Below are positions 10,381 to 19,208 of a stretch of DNA of 45,765 nucleotides, piece by piece. Every line of letters begins with the position of its first letter. Position 1 is the stretch's first letter. The notes under the pieces are model-generated. The model did no database searches, was not told where the DNA came from, and saw only the letters and a program-made list of their open reading frames with translations. Location of the stretch: UHGV virus genome UHGV-0204260. One strand, 5' to 3'. The DNA comes from a virus. The position numbers and the translations under genes are program-made.

Positions 10381-10870
10381 GCACTACTAAATGTTAGTTA
10401 ACGCTAGCCTACATATATAGTTACATATATTACTAATAGTAACCTTTGTGTATTACATCTATAAAGTATATTAAGATCTTCTTTATATTTATTATAGATA
10501 TTAATACCTTACACTGCAGAAACACGAAAACCAGCAATTAAGCTGGTTGATTTGTTAATGAATTTAGTTAATTTTGAATCCCGAGTTATCGGGAAGCGAA
10601 ATTCCTTTTGTTTTCAGTACTTTCCGTTCGCTTCCCAGCTTCCCGAAAGTACCCCCCCTTTTTTTTGTGATTAGCTTTTGTTTATCCATTTTTTTTGACT
10701 CGGGAAGCGAACACCTAAACTATTGATTTTTCTTAATATTGGCTTCCCGAGAATTTTTCTCATTTACCTATATACTATTGAAAGATAAAGGAAAAATTAA
10801 GGCCTGAAATATTAATACGCTTTTTCGGGAAGCGTGTCAACTCAGGAAGCAAAGCATGTAGGTTGCTATT
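10381..10870. repeat. Putative replication origin: AT-rich block (10381-10520) plus seven or more CGGGAAGCG/CGCTTCCCG iterons, palindromes and homopolymer tracts
   Basis: Iteron copies at 10589, 10628, 10638, 10699, 10742, 10825 and 10843 in both orientations. Palindromes TCCCGAgttaTCGGGA and CCAGCaattaaGCTGG. C7T10 tract. No credible ORF. Confidence 0.45.
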
Positions 10871-10888
10871 AAGTGTTTCTTCGTGCGC

Positions 10889-10917
10889 TTGCTGAATTAT
10901 AGGAAAGTTGATATATT
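10889..10917 (+). promoter_or_regulatory. Candidate sigma70 promoter for the replication operon (TTGCTG, 17 nt spacer, TATATT)
   Basis: Hexamers and spacing read directly, ~40 nt upstream of the first plus-strand gene. Confidence 0.4.
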
Positions 10918-10956
10918 AAATTGAGTTTACTGTTGATTGATTGTCTGGAGGTTGTC

Positions 10957-11172
10957 GTGTACAGGTTTGGTAGCGCAATGGCTGAGGTGTATGAGTTTGT
11001 TAGCGGGATGTCGATTGGGGAGGTGAGATTTTTTGTGGTAGATGATTTCCGTGCCAATAACAGTATTGAAAAATTCAGGGCAAGTCTGTGTTGTGTTGCG
11101 AAAGATAATTCGTGGCTTTTTGTAACCAGAAAGATGGAAGAAGGCGAAGTGTCTGTTCGGAGAATTAAATGA
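10957..11172 (+). CDS. Hypothetical protein (~71 aa, GTG start)
   Basis: GGAGG sits 5 nt before the GTG at 10957. The stop overlaps the prim-pol start. Confidence 0.45.
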   Translation: MYRFGSAMAEVYEFVSGMSIGEVRFFVVDDFRANNSIEKFRASLCCVAKDNSWLFVTRKMEEGEVSVRRIK

Positions 11173-13502
11173 TGATTGGTTATGAAGATTACCGCAAATG
11201 TGGCTTCCCTATTATTGGAATCCATGCAATGGATATCGACCGCAATTGCACATGCGGTGATCCAGAGTGCAATGCTGCAGGTAAGCATCCGGTTATGAGC
11301 AACTGGCAGCTTGGAGTTATATGGGCTGATGACCAGATTGAAAATATGGCTGAATATGGTCAATTGCAGTCATTCGGCGTTCTTGTGAATGGTTATCTGG
11401 TCGTTGATATTGATCCACGCAACGGAGGTAATGATGGATATGAATCGCTTTGTGATGCCTTAGACGTAGAGCTTGCTGACGAAGCTGGTTTTACGGTCAA
11501 GACTGGTGGTGGTGGTCGCCACATCTATTACAAACTTCCTGAAGGAATAAAGCTGCGCTCTCATGACAGAAGGTTTAAGGGTATTGACTTTAAATCATCT
11601 GGTTTTGTTGTTGGATGCGGCTCATTTCATAAGTCAGGTAACTTTTATGAAGCTGAGCATGGCTCCCCTTCAGAGATAACTGAATGTCCATCTGAACTTA
11701 TTGAGATTTTGTTGCGCCCTGAGAGAACGGAAGACGAGGTTTTCACGCTTGATAGTAAAAATTACAGCATTGCCGAAATGGAGGATATGCTCAAATACAT
11801 CAAAGATGGTGATGAGTATGACCCATGGCTTCATGTAGGCATGGCTATCCACGAAGCTACAGAAGGCAATGGTTTTGAGCTTTGGGATAGGTGGTCATCG
11901 CAGTTCAGCAAGTACAGAGCTGAAGAGATGGACGCAAAATGGCATTCCTTTGGAAAGGACGGTGTTAGCGAAAAGATAACCGAAGCAACGCTGGTTTATC
12001 TCGCGCAAGAGGGAGGGTGGGTAAGGCAAGTAACTTTTGAGGCTACTCCAGAGGAAATTGAGAAACTTGAGTCTTTCGAGCGAGAGATGGCAATGGGTGT
12101 TGGTGAATGCCCTGTAGAGTACAAAAGTGTTGATGTCCGTTATCCTCCTGGATTTGTTGGTCGCCTTGCCGCCTGGATTAATAAGAACTGTGCAGAGAAG
12201 CGTGAGAATATTGCAGCACTTGCCGCACTGCATGCAGCATCAATGATTTGTGGTGCATCATCTGATATTTACCTTACAAACAGGAAGGCTTTACCAAACC
12301 TTTTTGCTGTTGGTATCGCTGGTTCAGGTTCAGGTAAGGGTGATGTCCTTGCTGCGCTACAAAAGATAATTGATTGCTCAGGATTGAGTAAGACTGTCGC
12401 CGGTAAGATACGTTCAGAGCGTGCGATATATGAAGGTCTTTGCGCTAACCAGATGTTTAATATCATCATGGATGAGATTGGGATAAAACTTGGGAGTGTT
12501 GTTGGTCAGAAAGTAAGCGAGTACAACATGGCAACTGCTGGTGCGATCATGGAGGCTTACACGTCAGAAGTTCTTTATTGTGACCAGCGGGTTACTGAGG
12601 ATTTCATTAAGTCTTTCGAAAAGAGAAAGGCTATGCTGTTGATGGCTATTGAGGAAAATGAAATACAGGCAGACCCCGTTGACATTAAGTGTCAGTTTGA
12701 TGATGTGATAAACAGAATTGACGGAGCTATAAGGAATCCATTTTTTTCAATCTTTGGTGTGTCTACTGATGATCAGTTTAAGCGCCTTATTACTGAAGAA
12801 AACATTAAGTCAGGTCTTATGGGGCGCGCAATGATTATGCAGGAGTTGCAGGAGATTGCTGACGAAAACGAAAACGTCAACTACTGCGATCTGCCAATGG
12901 ATATGCAACTGACCATAAAAACAATAATAAATGGCGGAACTGCTGGGCACAAAAACTGGACAGACTCAATAATCAGTCAAAAAGAAAGACGGATTATAAA
13001 AGCTACGCCTGAAGTTTCTCAGCTCGCTAAGGAGTTCTTCTCATGGATTAAAACAGTTGCAAGAAAGCATGTAGAAAACGGCACTGGTTATCACCCACTG
13101 ATAAACAGATGCGCTGTGAAGGTGGCAAAGATTGCTGGCATTCTTGCGTGTGATACTGGCGTCATAACCATGGAGCACTTGAGATATGCGGTAGCATTAA
13201 CAATTAAATCAACAAGCGATCTGATGATGCGTGCTGACAGTATCGCCGGAGCGAAGTCTAAAGCTATGGAAGAACGAATTGAAGGTATTTTCTCCATGGT
13301 TAAAGAATATGTGAAGCGTGGAATGACCAAAACAGCAATGGTTAGAGGTGTAGCAAAAGAAGGTGGGTATAAACGTGCTGATGTCGAGAGGTGCGTAGAG
13401 AAGTTGTTATCAGATGGCATTATTTGCATTGATGAAAATGCAAAAAGAACATCTCACAACGTAATAATTTACAAATTAACAAATGATGAGGTTGAGATAT
13501 GA
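11169..13502 (+). CDS. Bifunctional primase-polymerase (prim-pol) / D5-like helicase
   Basis: 777 aa. N-terminal prim-pol motifs (VVDIDPRNGG, zinc-binding CTCGDPEC) and a C-terminal P-loop (GIAGSGSGKGD), as in D5/P4-type helicases. Confidence 0.85.
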   Translation: MMIGYEDYRKCGFPIIGIHAMDIDRNCTCGDPECNAAGKHPVMSNWQLGVIWADDQIENMAEYGQLQSFGVLVNGYLVVDIDPRNGGNDGYESLCDALDVELADEAGFTVKTGGGGRHIYYKLPEGIKLRSHDRRFKGIDFKSSGFVVGCGSFHKSGNFYEAEHGSPSEITECPSELIEILLRPERTEDEVFTLDSKNYSIAEMEDMLKYIKDGDEYDPWLHVGMAIHEATEGNGFELWDRWSSQFSKYRAEEMDAKWHSFGKDGVSEKITEATLVYLAQEGGWVRQVTFEATPEEIEKLESFEREMAMGVGECPVEYKSVDVRYPPGFVGRLAAWINKNCAEKRENIAALAALHAASMICGASSDIYLTNRKALPNLFAVGIAGSGSGKGDVLAALQKIIDCSGLSKTVAGKIRSERAIYEGLCANQMFNIIMDEIGIKLGSVVGQKVSEYNMATAGAIMEAYTSEVLYCDQRVTEDFIKSFEKRKAMLLMAIEENEIQADPVDIKCQFDDVINRIDGAIRNPFFSIFGVSTDDQFKRLITEENIKSGLMGRAMIMQELQEIADENENVNYCDLPMDMQLTIKTIINGGTAGHKNWTDSIISQKERRIIKATPEVSQLAKEFFSWIKTVARKHVENGTGYHPLINRCAVKVAKIAGILACDTGVITMEHLRYAVALTIKSTSDLMMRADSIAGAKSKAMEERIEGIFSMVKEYVKRGMTKTAMVRGVAKEGGYKRADVERCVEKLLSDGIICIDENAKRTSHNVIIYKLTNDEVEI

Positions 13503-13894
13503 TCAATTACAAGTATCTGGTGATGAGAGGTTTGTATGACTATTTTGAGTCAGAAAATCCTGAGCGCGCACATGATAACGCAATATCCATGATGACAGGA
13601 AAACACCTGATGGAGGTTTACTACTGGAAAATGCCCGTATTCCGCTGCAATATGGGTATCTGCATTGATGATGACGTACTGTTTTGTCGAATACAATACG
13701 AAAACAATGTAGGCATAGTAACAGCATCATACAGGGATGTTGCAAGACATTCAGGAAGCTGGCATCCAAGCGAAGTGTTTGCTGGTGACGCACTATTTAA
13801 TTTCTGCAAGGCATTTGGCGTTCCGTACGAGGAAGTAAACAAAGAGTACGGAGGAAGGAGAGAGAAAGACAGCTTGAGTTCGAAAGGGATTTAA
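13499..13894 (+). CDS. Hypothetical protein (131 aa)
   Basis: ORF translationally coupled (ATGA overlap) to the prim-pol gene. Confidence 0.55.
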   Translation: MINYKYLVMRGLYDYFESENPERAHDNAISMMTGKHLMEVYYWKMPVFRCNMGICIDDDVLFCRIQYENNVGIVTASYRDVARHSGSWHPSEVFAGDALFNFCKAFGVPYEEVNKEYGGRREKDSLSSKGI

Positions 13895-13916
13895 CAAAAA
13901 GACTGCAAACGCAACA

Positions 13917-13946
13917 AAAAGCCCGCAAACGCGGGCTTTATTATTT
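13917..13946. terminator. Bidirectional rho-independent terminator (GCCCGC-aaac-GCGGGC + T-run)
   Basis: Hairpin plus TTTATTATTT. It lies between convergent genes 13499-13894 (+) and 13941-14183 (-). Confidence 0.6.
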
Positions 13947-14183
13947 AACAATCCATTTTGTAACGGCTGGCCTTAAATCTTCCTTCCTGAAAACACCACC
14001 AGTAAGCGCCTCGACATGAATTGCTGCTGTTGCGCTAATTCTTCCTCTTGATACCCATTGACTGACTGCCTGTTTAGATACACCAAGAAACCTTGCCAGT
14101 TGTGATTGCCCACCAACATAATCAATCAGCTCTGACAGCTTCGTCTGTTCCATTTCTCTTATCTGTTCTGCGATGCTTTTCAT
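13941..14183 (-). CDS. Cro/XRE-type HTH DNA-binding protein (80 aa)
   Basis: The stretch QSQLARFLGVSKQAVSQW is a classic Cro/CI HTH. ATG at 14183 with a GAGG RBS. Track ORF 13941-14225 uses an upstream Met. Confidence 0.7.
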   Translation of the reverse strand: MKSIAEQIREMEQTKLSELIDYVGGQSQLARFLGVSKQAVSQWVSRGRISATAAIHVEALTGGVFRKEDLRPAVTKWIVK

Positions 14184-14317
14184 GTGTTTACCTCTGCTAT
14201 CTGTATGCGGCAATAATGAACTCAAAAAAAATTTTCGTCAAGGTATTGCGTTTACTATCATGTTGACGTATCTTTAAGTCACACCAGCGATATGCTGAGT
14301 TAAATCGAGAGGACACT

Positions 14318-15160
14318 ATGAGCTTATCAATGATTCAAAAACCAAAACCAGCAGCGCCAATCATAACATTGGTTGGTACTCCAGGTGTAGGCAAGACAAC
14401 TCTTGCTGCGCTATTTCCAAACCCAGTGTTTATTCAGGCAGAAGAGATCACCGGTGTTTTTGATGACTGGGATGATGAAAAAAAACCTGATTCATTTCCT
14501 GTTCTGAAGCGCGCTGACGCTAAACGAAAAACAAGCACAAAGGATGATTTGTTATCACAACTTCGCGCATTAATTACTGAAGAGCATAACTATAAAACAT
14601 TGGTTATTGATTCAATAACAAGCCTGCACTCAATGTTTGAGCATGAGGTTTGTGAAAACTACGGTGTTGACAACGTTGGTTCTGCTGCTGGAGGTTACAA
14701 CAAAGGATATATTGTTGTTTCTGAAATGCACGCTGAAATAATAAATGCATGTAAGTATCTTCGCAAAGAAAAGGGGATGAGCATTATTTATCTTGCGCAC
14801 GCAGGTGTTAAAAAGATGAAGAATCGCCCTGATGCTGATGAATACACTGTTTACACACTTGACATGCATGATGCTTCTGTGTCTGGTTATGTGAATCTTA
14901 GTGATGCTGTTATTTATATCCGGAATGAAGAGTTTGTTAAAGGGACTGAGACTGATAAGAAAGGGCAAGTCACCAAGTTTGGTAAGGTCGTACAGACTGG
15001 TCAGCGAGTTCTTATTACCTCTGGTGATGGTCGTGTTGGGTATGTTAATGCTAAAAACAGATACAACCTTGAGCCTGAAATTCCTTTTGAAAAAGGTGAG
15101 AACCCGCTTTTGAGTGAGATTAAATATTATGCATCTCTACGAGATAACCAAACAGCTTAA
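14318..15160 (+). CDS. Sak4-like RecA-family ATPase (AAA_24-like)
   Basis: 280 aa with Walker A GTPGVGKTT, in a gp157-SSB recombination cassette. Confidence 0.8.
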   Translation: MSLSMIQKPKPAAPIITLVGTPGVGKTTLAALFPNPVFIQAEEITGVFDDWDDEKKPDSFPVLKRADAKRKTSTKDDLLSQLRALITEEHNYKTLVIDSITSLHSMFEHEVCENYGVDNVGSAAGGYNKGYIVVSEMHAEIINACKYLRKEKGMSIIYLAHAGVKKMKNRPDADEYTVYTLDMHDASVSGYVNLSDAVIYIRNEEFVKGTETDKKGQVTKFGKVVQTGQRVLITSGDGRVGYVNAKNRYNLEPEIPFEKGENPLLSEIKYYASLRDNQTA

Positions 15161-15608
15161 TGAACTGCTTGCGATGGAGGATATTCCACGGGAGCAGATT
15201 GAAGATACTATAAACCTTATTGAAGAGGAGTTTGAAGGAAAGGCTGAAATGGTTGCTGCTTACATTCGTGAGCTTGAAGCTGATGAGTCTGGACTAAAGT
15301 CAGAGATTGACCGTCTTTCTGAGCGTAAGCGTGTTTTAGTTGCGAAGATTGATAACCTTAAAGATTATCTTCGTCAGAACATGATGGCTTCAGGGAAGAC
15401 AAATATCAAAGGTAAGTTGTTTAGTATCACGCTTGGTAAACCATCACCAGTTCTTGATGTGTTTGTTCCTGTTGAGCAGCTTCCTGAGAAGTACCGTGTT
15501 GTGAAAGTGTCGGCGGATAACGCAGCGATTAAAAATGCGATTAAAGCCGGGATTGAAATTAATGGTTGTGCCATTACAGATGGCAAACCGAAACTGATCA
15601 TCAAATAA
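15114..15608 (+). CDS. Siphovirus Gp157-like protein
   Basis: 164 aa coiled-coil protein in the position and of the size of Gp157, next to Sak4. The true start may be the ATG at 15129. Confidence 0.65.
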   Translation: MRLNIMHLYEITKQLNELLAMEDIPREQIEDTINLIEEEFEGKAEMVAAYIRELEADESGLKSEIDRLSERKRVLVAKIDNLKDYLRQNMMASGKTNIKGKLFSITLGKPSPVLDVFVPVEQLPEKYRVVKVSADNAAIKNAIKAGIEINGCAITDGKPKLIIK

Positions 15609-15626
15609 ATCGAGAGGACACAAAAA

Positions 15627-16148
15627 ATGGGTTTCTGGAATCTTTCTGACGGTAAAGCTGTTGAATCTAAATCTGAATTTGAACTGGGTGGTGGTTTCGA
15701 AGTAATTCCTGATGGTAGCCGTGTTCTTGCTGCCGTTGAAGAGTGTAAAGACGATCAGTGGGAAGGTGAGCGATTCTTCAATCTTAAGTGGCGAATCCTT
15801 GATGGTGAGTATAAAAATCGCATCATCTTCCAGAAGCTGAAAGTATTTAGCTCAAAAGAGAAGCAGCGTGATAATGCTATCACTATGCTTGCAGCAATTG
15901 ACGCAAACGCTGGTGGCAAGCTGATGGCATCAGGAAAAGAGCCTACTGATTTTGCTATTGCCAGTGCGCTTGCAAATCGCCCGATGATTCTTCTTCTGCG
16001 CGTTTGGGAATCTGAGGATAAGCAAAAAACTGGTAACTATGTGGCTGGTGTTTTCAGTCGTCAACAGACAAAAGCAGCGCCTGCTCCTAAGCAATCAGCG
16101 CAGTCTAACGAGCCACCGATGGACTTTAGTGATGATGTGCCGTTTTGA
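15627..16148 (+). CDS. Single-stranded DNA-binding protein-like
   Basis: 173 aa ending in the acidic SSB-type tail DFSDDVPF, within the recombination module. Confidence 0.7.
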   Translation: MGFWNLSDGKAVESKSEFELGGGFEVIPDGSRVLAAVEECKDDQWEGERFFNLKWRILDGEYKNRIIFQKLKVFSSKEKQRDNAITMLAAIDANAGGKLMASGKEPTDFAIASALANRPMILLLRVWESEDKQKTGNYVAGVFSRQQTKAAPAPKQSAQSNEPPMDFSDDVPF

Positions 16149-16201
16149 TGTTCCATTTTAATTATTGATTTGATAAAATACCTCCGAAAGGGGGTATTTT
16201 T

Positions 16202-16684
16202 ATGAAAAGCAAAAAGTGTACGAGATGTGGTGTTGAAAAAGATTTCACTGAATTTCAGAAGAGGGCGGCATCAAAAGATGGCTTGACTTCATCATGCAGG
16301 GAGTGCTTGAGGGTTTACGATAAAGGGAGATCTTCTTTGCCTCATAGAGTTGCAGGAAGGAAGGCTTATATGAAAACTGATAGGGGTAGAGAGGTTCACA
16401 GGAAAAGCTGTAGAGAATATTATAAAAGAAACAAAGAAAAAGTTGCTGCGTCACACCATAAGTGGCAAGAGTTAAACCCCAAAAAAAGAAGGGTGCATGG
16501 GATAGTTGCTTATGCTATCAGGATTGGTCATTTGCGAAAAATGCCATGCATTATTTGCGGAAACGAAAATTCCCATGCTCACCATTGCGACTATGATAAA
16601 CCACTTGATGTCATGTGGTTATGCCCATTACACCATGCTGAATGGCACGCCGTTAATGGTGAAGGTCTGAATGGTGAAGAGTAG
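16202..16684 (+). CDS. HNH endonuclease (free-standing)
   Basis: 160 aa. N-terminal Cys pairs and the C-terminal HNH signature AHHCDYDKPLDVMWLCPLHHAEWH. Confidence 0.8.
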   Translation: MKSKKCTRCGVEKDFTEFQKRAASKDGLTSSCRECLRVYDKGRSSLPHRVAGRKAYMKTDRGREVHRKSCREYYKRNKEKVAASHHKWQELNPKKRRVHGIVAYAIRIGHLRKMPCIICGNENSHAHHCDYDKPLDVMWLCPLHHAEWHAVNGEGLNGEE

Positions 16685-16704
16685 TTTTTATTCGAGAGGA
16701 CACT

Positions 16705-18573
16705 ATGAAAGTACAGCTTAGAACATACCAACAAGAAGCCGTTGATTCTGTTATAGGTCATATTCGTTCAAGCGTTTCATCGTGCATGATCATCTTGCCT
16801 ACAGGTTCTGGTAAAAGCGTTGTTGTTGCATCAATAGCCGATTGGGTTTTTAAAAATACTGGTAAGCGCGTTCTGTGCGTTGCCCCAACAAGCGAGTTAG
16901 TTGTACAAAACAGGCAGCGTTATCTTTCTCTCACTGGAGAACCAGCCAGCATGTTCAGTGCAAAGGCTGGACCAAAAAACCTGCGACATCCGGTTGTTTT
17001 TGGATCACCAGTAACAATTAAGAACTCAATAGAGATGTTTGGTGATAAGTATGGCGCTGTCATTATTGATGAATGTGATGGAATAACGCCAACCATTAAA
17101 TTTATTATTAATGAGATGAAGCGTCGCAATCCAAAACTACGTGTTATTGGAATGACCGCTACGCCTTATCGCCTTGGTACTGGATACATCTACAAAGAGC
17201 ACTACATCGACGGTCCTACAGATGAAGAAACAGCCATAGACCCATATTACGACAAAGTCGTTTATGAGCTTGAAGCTAAATTTCTCATCGAAAATGGATA
17301 TCTTACGCCACCAGTTACAGAGCCTGTTTTTGACGAGTATGATACGTCTTGTCTTGAAAAGGATAAGTTAGGTCGGTACACGATAGCTTCAGTTGAAAAG
17401 GCGATGGTTGGCAAGGGAAGGAAAACATCACGCATTGTTGAAGATATTATCCGTCGCTCTGTTAATCGGCGCGGAACGATGATTTTTGCCAGCACCAAGA
17501 AACACGCTATGGAGATAATGGAGTCACTTCCTCCAGGGTCTTATAGTTATGTTTTTGGTGATATGCCAACAGCAGATCGCAACAAGGCAATATCAGACTT
17601 CAAGGCACAAAAAGTTAAATACATCGTTAACCAGAATATCCTTACTGTAGGGGTTGATGTTCCTCATTGTGATCACATAGCAGTAATGAGAGCCACAGAA
17701 TCACCAAGACTCTACCAGCAAATAATTGGCAGGGGGACGCGTCTTTATGAAGGAAAGGAAGACTTTCTTGTCAGCGATTACGCAGGCAACATTCAGCGTC
17801 ACTTTTCTGAGACTGGTGACTTGTTCACTCCAGAAATAAAGGCAACAAGGAAAAAACCATCCGTGCCAATGGATGTCAAATGCCCTCTTTGTGGCTTTGT
17901 TAATGAATTTGGTGTGCGTCCAAATCCTGAAAATCTTGAAGTTGACAAGGAAGGTTACTGGCTTGATTTGGCTGGTGATAGGGTGATGATTGACATTTTT
18001 GATAAATCAGGTGAAAAAATCGGAAGCAAGCCTATGCCTGCTCATTTTGGTAGGAGGTGTAAAAACTACGTTATGCACGGCCCACTAAGGGAAATGCACA
18101 GGTGTACTTATAAGTGGTCGGTTAAAGAGTGTCCTGATTGTGGATTTGAAAATGATATAGCGGCAAGAAACTGCACATCATGCGGTGCTGAAATCATTGA
18201 TCCAAACCAAAAGCTAAAAGAAGAAGCTGACAGGCTTGATTCTTCTCCTTATGCAACCAAGCAATCAAGCGTAACCATGATGAACATCATGAAGCATTAC
18301 GTTTCAAGTGGCGAAGATTTGGTGCACGTAAAATTTGCTATTGACCAGAAGCCATTTTTTGTTAGCAAGTTCTACAATCCAAACTCTGAGAAGGAATGGA
18401 TGAAGAAGGAGTGGGAAGAGTTTTGCTGGAAGTCCTTTGGTGAGTCTGACATGTCAATTGATGATGCAATAGCAAAAAGAGATGATGCTGTCGCACCATC
18501 AGTGATTATGTTCAGAAGAGACAAGGGTAGTAAATATTGCAACGTTAAAGGCATGTATTGGGGGGTATTATGA
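16705..18573 (+). CDS. SF2 (DEAD/DEAH-like) DNA helicase
   Basis: 622 aa. Motif I ILPTGSGKS, motif II IIDECD, C-terminal Cys-rich zinc-ribbon pairs. Confidence 0.85.
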   Translation: MKVQLRTYQQEAVDSVIGHIRSSVSSCMIILPTGSGKSVVVASIADWVFKNTGKRVLCVAPTSELVVQNRQRYLSLTGEPASMFSAKAGPKNLRHPVVFGSPVTIKNSIEMFGDKYGAVIIDECDGITPTIKFIINEMKRRNPKLRVIGMTATPYRLGTGYIYKEHYIDGPTDEETAIDPYYDKVVYELEAKFLIENGYLTPPVTEPVFDEYDTSCLEKDKLGRYTIASVEKAMVGKGRKTSRIVEDIIRRSVNRRGTMIFASTKKHAMEIMESLPPGSYSYVFGDMPTADRNKAISDFKAQKVKYIVNQNILTVGVDVPHCDHIAVMRATESPRLYQQIIGRGTRLYEGKEDFLVSDYAGNIQRHFSETGDLFTPEIKATRKKPSVPMDVKCPLCGFVNEFGVRPNPENLEVDKEGYWLDLAGDRVMIDIFDKSGEKIGSKPMPAHFGRRCKNYVMHGPLREMHRCTYKWSVKECPDCGFENDIAARNCTSCGAEIIDPNQKLKEEADRLDSSPYATKQSSVTMMNIMKHYVSSGEDLVHVKFAIDQKPFFVSKFYNPNSEKEWMKKEWEEFCWKSFGESDMSIDDAIAKRDDAVAPSVIMFRRDKGSKYCNVKGMYWGVL

Positions 18574-19025
18574 TTTTTCCAGAAGGCGTTAAGGTATATG
18601 GAGATTTAGATTACAGAAACAAAAAGTGCCCGTCAGAAGATGCTGAGCTGGAGACTTTTGTTAATCAGATAAGGAAGCTATATCCTGACTTTGCAAGAGT
18701 TATGATTCATGTGCCAAATGAAGGCAAGCGTAAAGGGTATGAAGTTGAAAACCTGAAGAAAAAGGGCGCGTTAAACTTCGGCGCCTCGGACATCATTATT
18801 ATAGGAAAACAATCATTCGTTATGGAGATGAAGAAAAAGGATCACACTTTATCAAAATGGCAACCTGGACAAATGGCATATCTCAAGGCAGCAAAAGAAT
18901 TAGACTCCTTCGCGTGTGTATGCCTAGGTTGGGAAGCGGCGATGATGGCATTTAATGACTGGAGAGCAATAAATTACCCAAACTATAAAAAACCATCAGA
19001 ACCATTGATATTTGATGGTTTTTAA
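18558..19025 (+). CDS. VRR-NUC domain nuclease (PD-(D/E)xK)
   Basis: 155 aa with the motifs GASDIIII and EMKKK typical of VRR-NUC, downstream of the helicase. Confidence 0.75.
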   Translation: MGGIMIFPEGVKVYGDLDYRNKKCPSEDAELETFVNQIRKLYPDFARVMIHVPNEGKRKGYEVENLKKKGALNFGASDIIIIGKQSFVMEMKKKDHTLSKWQPGQMAYLKAAKELDSFACVCLGWEAAMMAFNDWRAINYPNYKKPSEPLIFDGF

Positions 19026-19149
19026 CAACAACGCCAGCAATCAGGCCAACAACCGCAACAACATCAGCAGCCAAGACAACAAAGCCCACAAGGAGGCAAT
19101 GAGACGCCTATGGGCTTCGACGTTTCAATACCCTTCTGATGATAAAAAT

Positions 19150-19176
19150 AACCCCGCCGAAGCGGGGTTTTACTCA
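19150..19176. terminator. Bidirectional terminator (CCCCGC-cgaa-GCGGGG + T-run on both sides)
   Basis: Hairpin flanked by A-run and T-run, between the end of the replication operon and the convergent tailspike gene. Confidence 0.6.
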
Positions 19177-19208
19177 ATTCACAATCCATTTAAATAATAT
19201 TCCATGAC

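Noticed and set aside
19012-19197. 61-aa Asn/Gln-rich ORF after the VRR-NUC gene
   Set aside because: Low-complexity CAA/AAC repeat DNA that runs through the bidirectional terminator hairpin. More likely a spacer or terminator region than a gene.
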